Assembly: GCA_035560855.1 (NCBI GenBank)
Contig: DATMYT010000568.1
Span: forward strand, 1 to 29,706
Origin: Negativicutes bacterium
GTDB taxonomy: Bacteria; Bacillota; Negativicutes; UBA1444
DNA: 29,706 nucleotides
Direction of reading: 5' to 3'
Below are positions 28,584 through 29,706 of the stretch, piece after piece. The position numbers were made by a program, and so were the translations under genes. Under the pieces are notes generated by a model, which had not been told where the DNA came from, made no database searches, and saw only the letters and a program-made list of their open reading frames with translations. How positions within the stretch are numbered: position 1 is the stretch's first letter; each line of letters opens with the position of its first letter.

Positions 28584-29706
28584 TTACGGATGCCAGATAG
28601 TAGCCGAAGAAAGTACGTCAATGAAGTGATGACCACTCCGCAGAGAGACATCCAATCCGCCAACCACAACCTTCATTACTTCCACACGAGGCAGCGTCCC
28701 ATCGGCCCTTGGATGCAAAGAATCGCCATAGCTGCCAAGGCTATGGATGGCATAATATTTGCCGTCTTCCTGTCCCAGATAGAGCATCACATGATTGCGC
28801 AGATGTAGCGTTGCACCCGGTTCAGCCCGATTCAGCATCGCATAGCGGGTTGTAGTATCCGAAATTCCCTGCAATGCAACGTGCCGGCCCGGAATTTTCT
28901 CCTGCTGATCCGCGTTGCGGGGTGAACGAATCCCAAACACATTGTAAATATCCATGATGAAGGAAGAACAGTCCCGCCCATCATGCAATCCACCCCAGCC
29001 ATAATTTTCACCTAGCATTTTAAACGCCTGACGCAAAATATGCGCCTGGGTATAGGCGAGATATCCGACCGACACGTCCGCCTTGCCATGAATCCATGCT
29101 CTGCGCCAGATAACAGCCCCACCATTGCCCCGTTGGGGGATCTCAATCGCATAGCCTTCTTTTTCCATACCCAAAAACGGCAAGCGCGTTCCCATTCCAG
29201 CCCGCCAATCTGGCACCGGGTTCCCCATTACAGTATCGCGGGGAGCTACTTTGGTTCCAGTAATTATCAAAAATGAAGCCGTCTCCCGTTTCGCCTGCCA
29301 AGCCTGTCTGGATGACGCCAGCGCTACATCCGCTGCGCGCAACCAGCCCCGGTAATTGTACATCTGAACATAAACCCAGGCAGCATCCCCGCTGTGGTGC
29401 AACACAGCAACCGGTTCGGCAATATTGACCGCCGTTTCCTGGAACAGGTCGAAATCATCAGATTCATCATCTTCACTAGACGCGGTAAATGTTGGAAAGG
29501 TCCGCAGATCGGTCCGCCGGACCGTGAATCCCCAAGTAACAGGGTTCATCTCGCGCAAGAGTTGCAAATTCATGTTCTGTTCCAATTTGTCATAAAAAGC
29601 TCCGGAAATTGGCTCGCCCTTAGAATAGCGTTCCTCGGTACGCGGCATCTTGTCAGCTGCCAGCCATCGTTGCAGCGTATTTTTGTCGATCGAGTCGGGA
29701 AAGCGA
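28584..29706 (-). CDS. SH3b-containing NlpC/P60 (C40) peptidoglycan endopeptidase, YkfC/DVU-type, 5'-truncated by the window edge
   Basis: Frame stays open to the window end (RFPDSIDKNTLQRWLAADK before the ORF-track Met); RRTDLRTFPT and FQETAV SH3-like region; YGWGGLHDGRDCSSF (Cys), HVMLYLG (His), AIHS (third triad residue). Confidence 0.88.
   Translation of the reverse strand, partial: RFPDSIDKNTLQRWLAADKMPRTEERYSKGEPISGAFYDKLEQNMNLQLLREMNPVTWGFTVRRTDLRTFPTFTASSEDDESDDFDLFQETAVNIAEPVAVLHHSGDAAWVYVQMYNYRGWLRAADVALASSRQAWQAKRETASFLIITGTKVAPRDTVMGNPVPDWRAGMGTRLPFLGMEKEGYAIEIPQRGNGGAVIWRRAWIHGKADVSVGYLAYTQAHILRQAFKMLGENYGWGGLHDGRDCSSFIMDIYNVFGIRSPRNADQQEKIPGRHVALQGISDTTTRYAMLNRAEPGATLHLRNHVMLYLGQEDGKYYAIHSLGSYGDSLHPRADGTLPRVEVMKVVVGGLDVSLRSGHHFIDVLSSATIWHP

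Noticed and set aside
28547-28669. 41-aa extension of the 306-aa ORF
   Set aside because: It overlaps the NlpC/P60 3' end and would bury the signal peptide; the SD supports ATG 28546.
29646-29648. ATG 29648 as the start of the NlpC/P60 gene
   Set aside because: No SD or signal peptide, and the frame stays open to the window edge, so the gene is truncated.

Overview
A 29.7-kb chromosomal core-genome segment from a Bacillota (Firmicutes) bacterium; a Negativicutes/Sporomusaceae-like host is my inference from gene content and protein style and is not proven. It holds 21 credible CDS, 20 of them on the minus strand. In transcription order (right to left): 5'-truncated SH3-NlpC/P60 peptidase, secreted hypothetical, ppdK, membrane metallophosphoesterase, stand-alone DUF2156, Eis-like GNAT, ABC-F, thiN, speD, PfkB kinase, [lone + strand secreted protein], two-domain PPK2 (pap), argS, rpoE (delta), pyrG, sppA, 822-aa lipoprotein, tal, mfd, yabM-like flippase, yabN/MazG. 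I saw no rRNA, tRNA, CRISPR, IS or prophage signal. Five ORF-track starts were moved to Shine-Dalgarno (SD)-supported codons. The best leads are: (1) a tightly packed metallophosphoesterase-DUF2156-Eis-ABC-F-ThiN unit that appears to start from a leaderless promoter and could encode tRNA-dependent aminoacylation coupled to N-acetylation of an unknown acceptor; (2) an unannotated 822-aa lipoprotein with a complete NodB/CE4-like metal-site signature, paired with SppA between pyrG and tal; (3) an NlpC/P60 hydrolase followed by a secreted PsbP-like protein, a possible enzyme-inhibitor pair; (4) an orphan speD with a charged insertion next to its self-cleavage site. All family assignments come from motif recognition by eye; no database searches were run.
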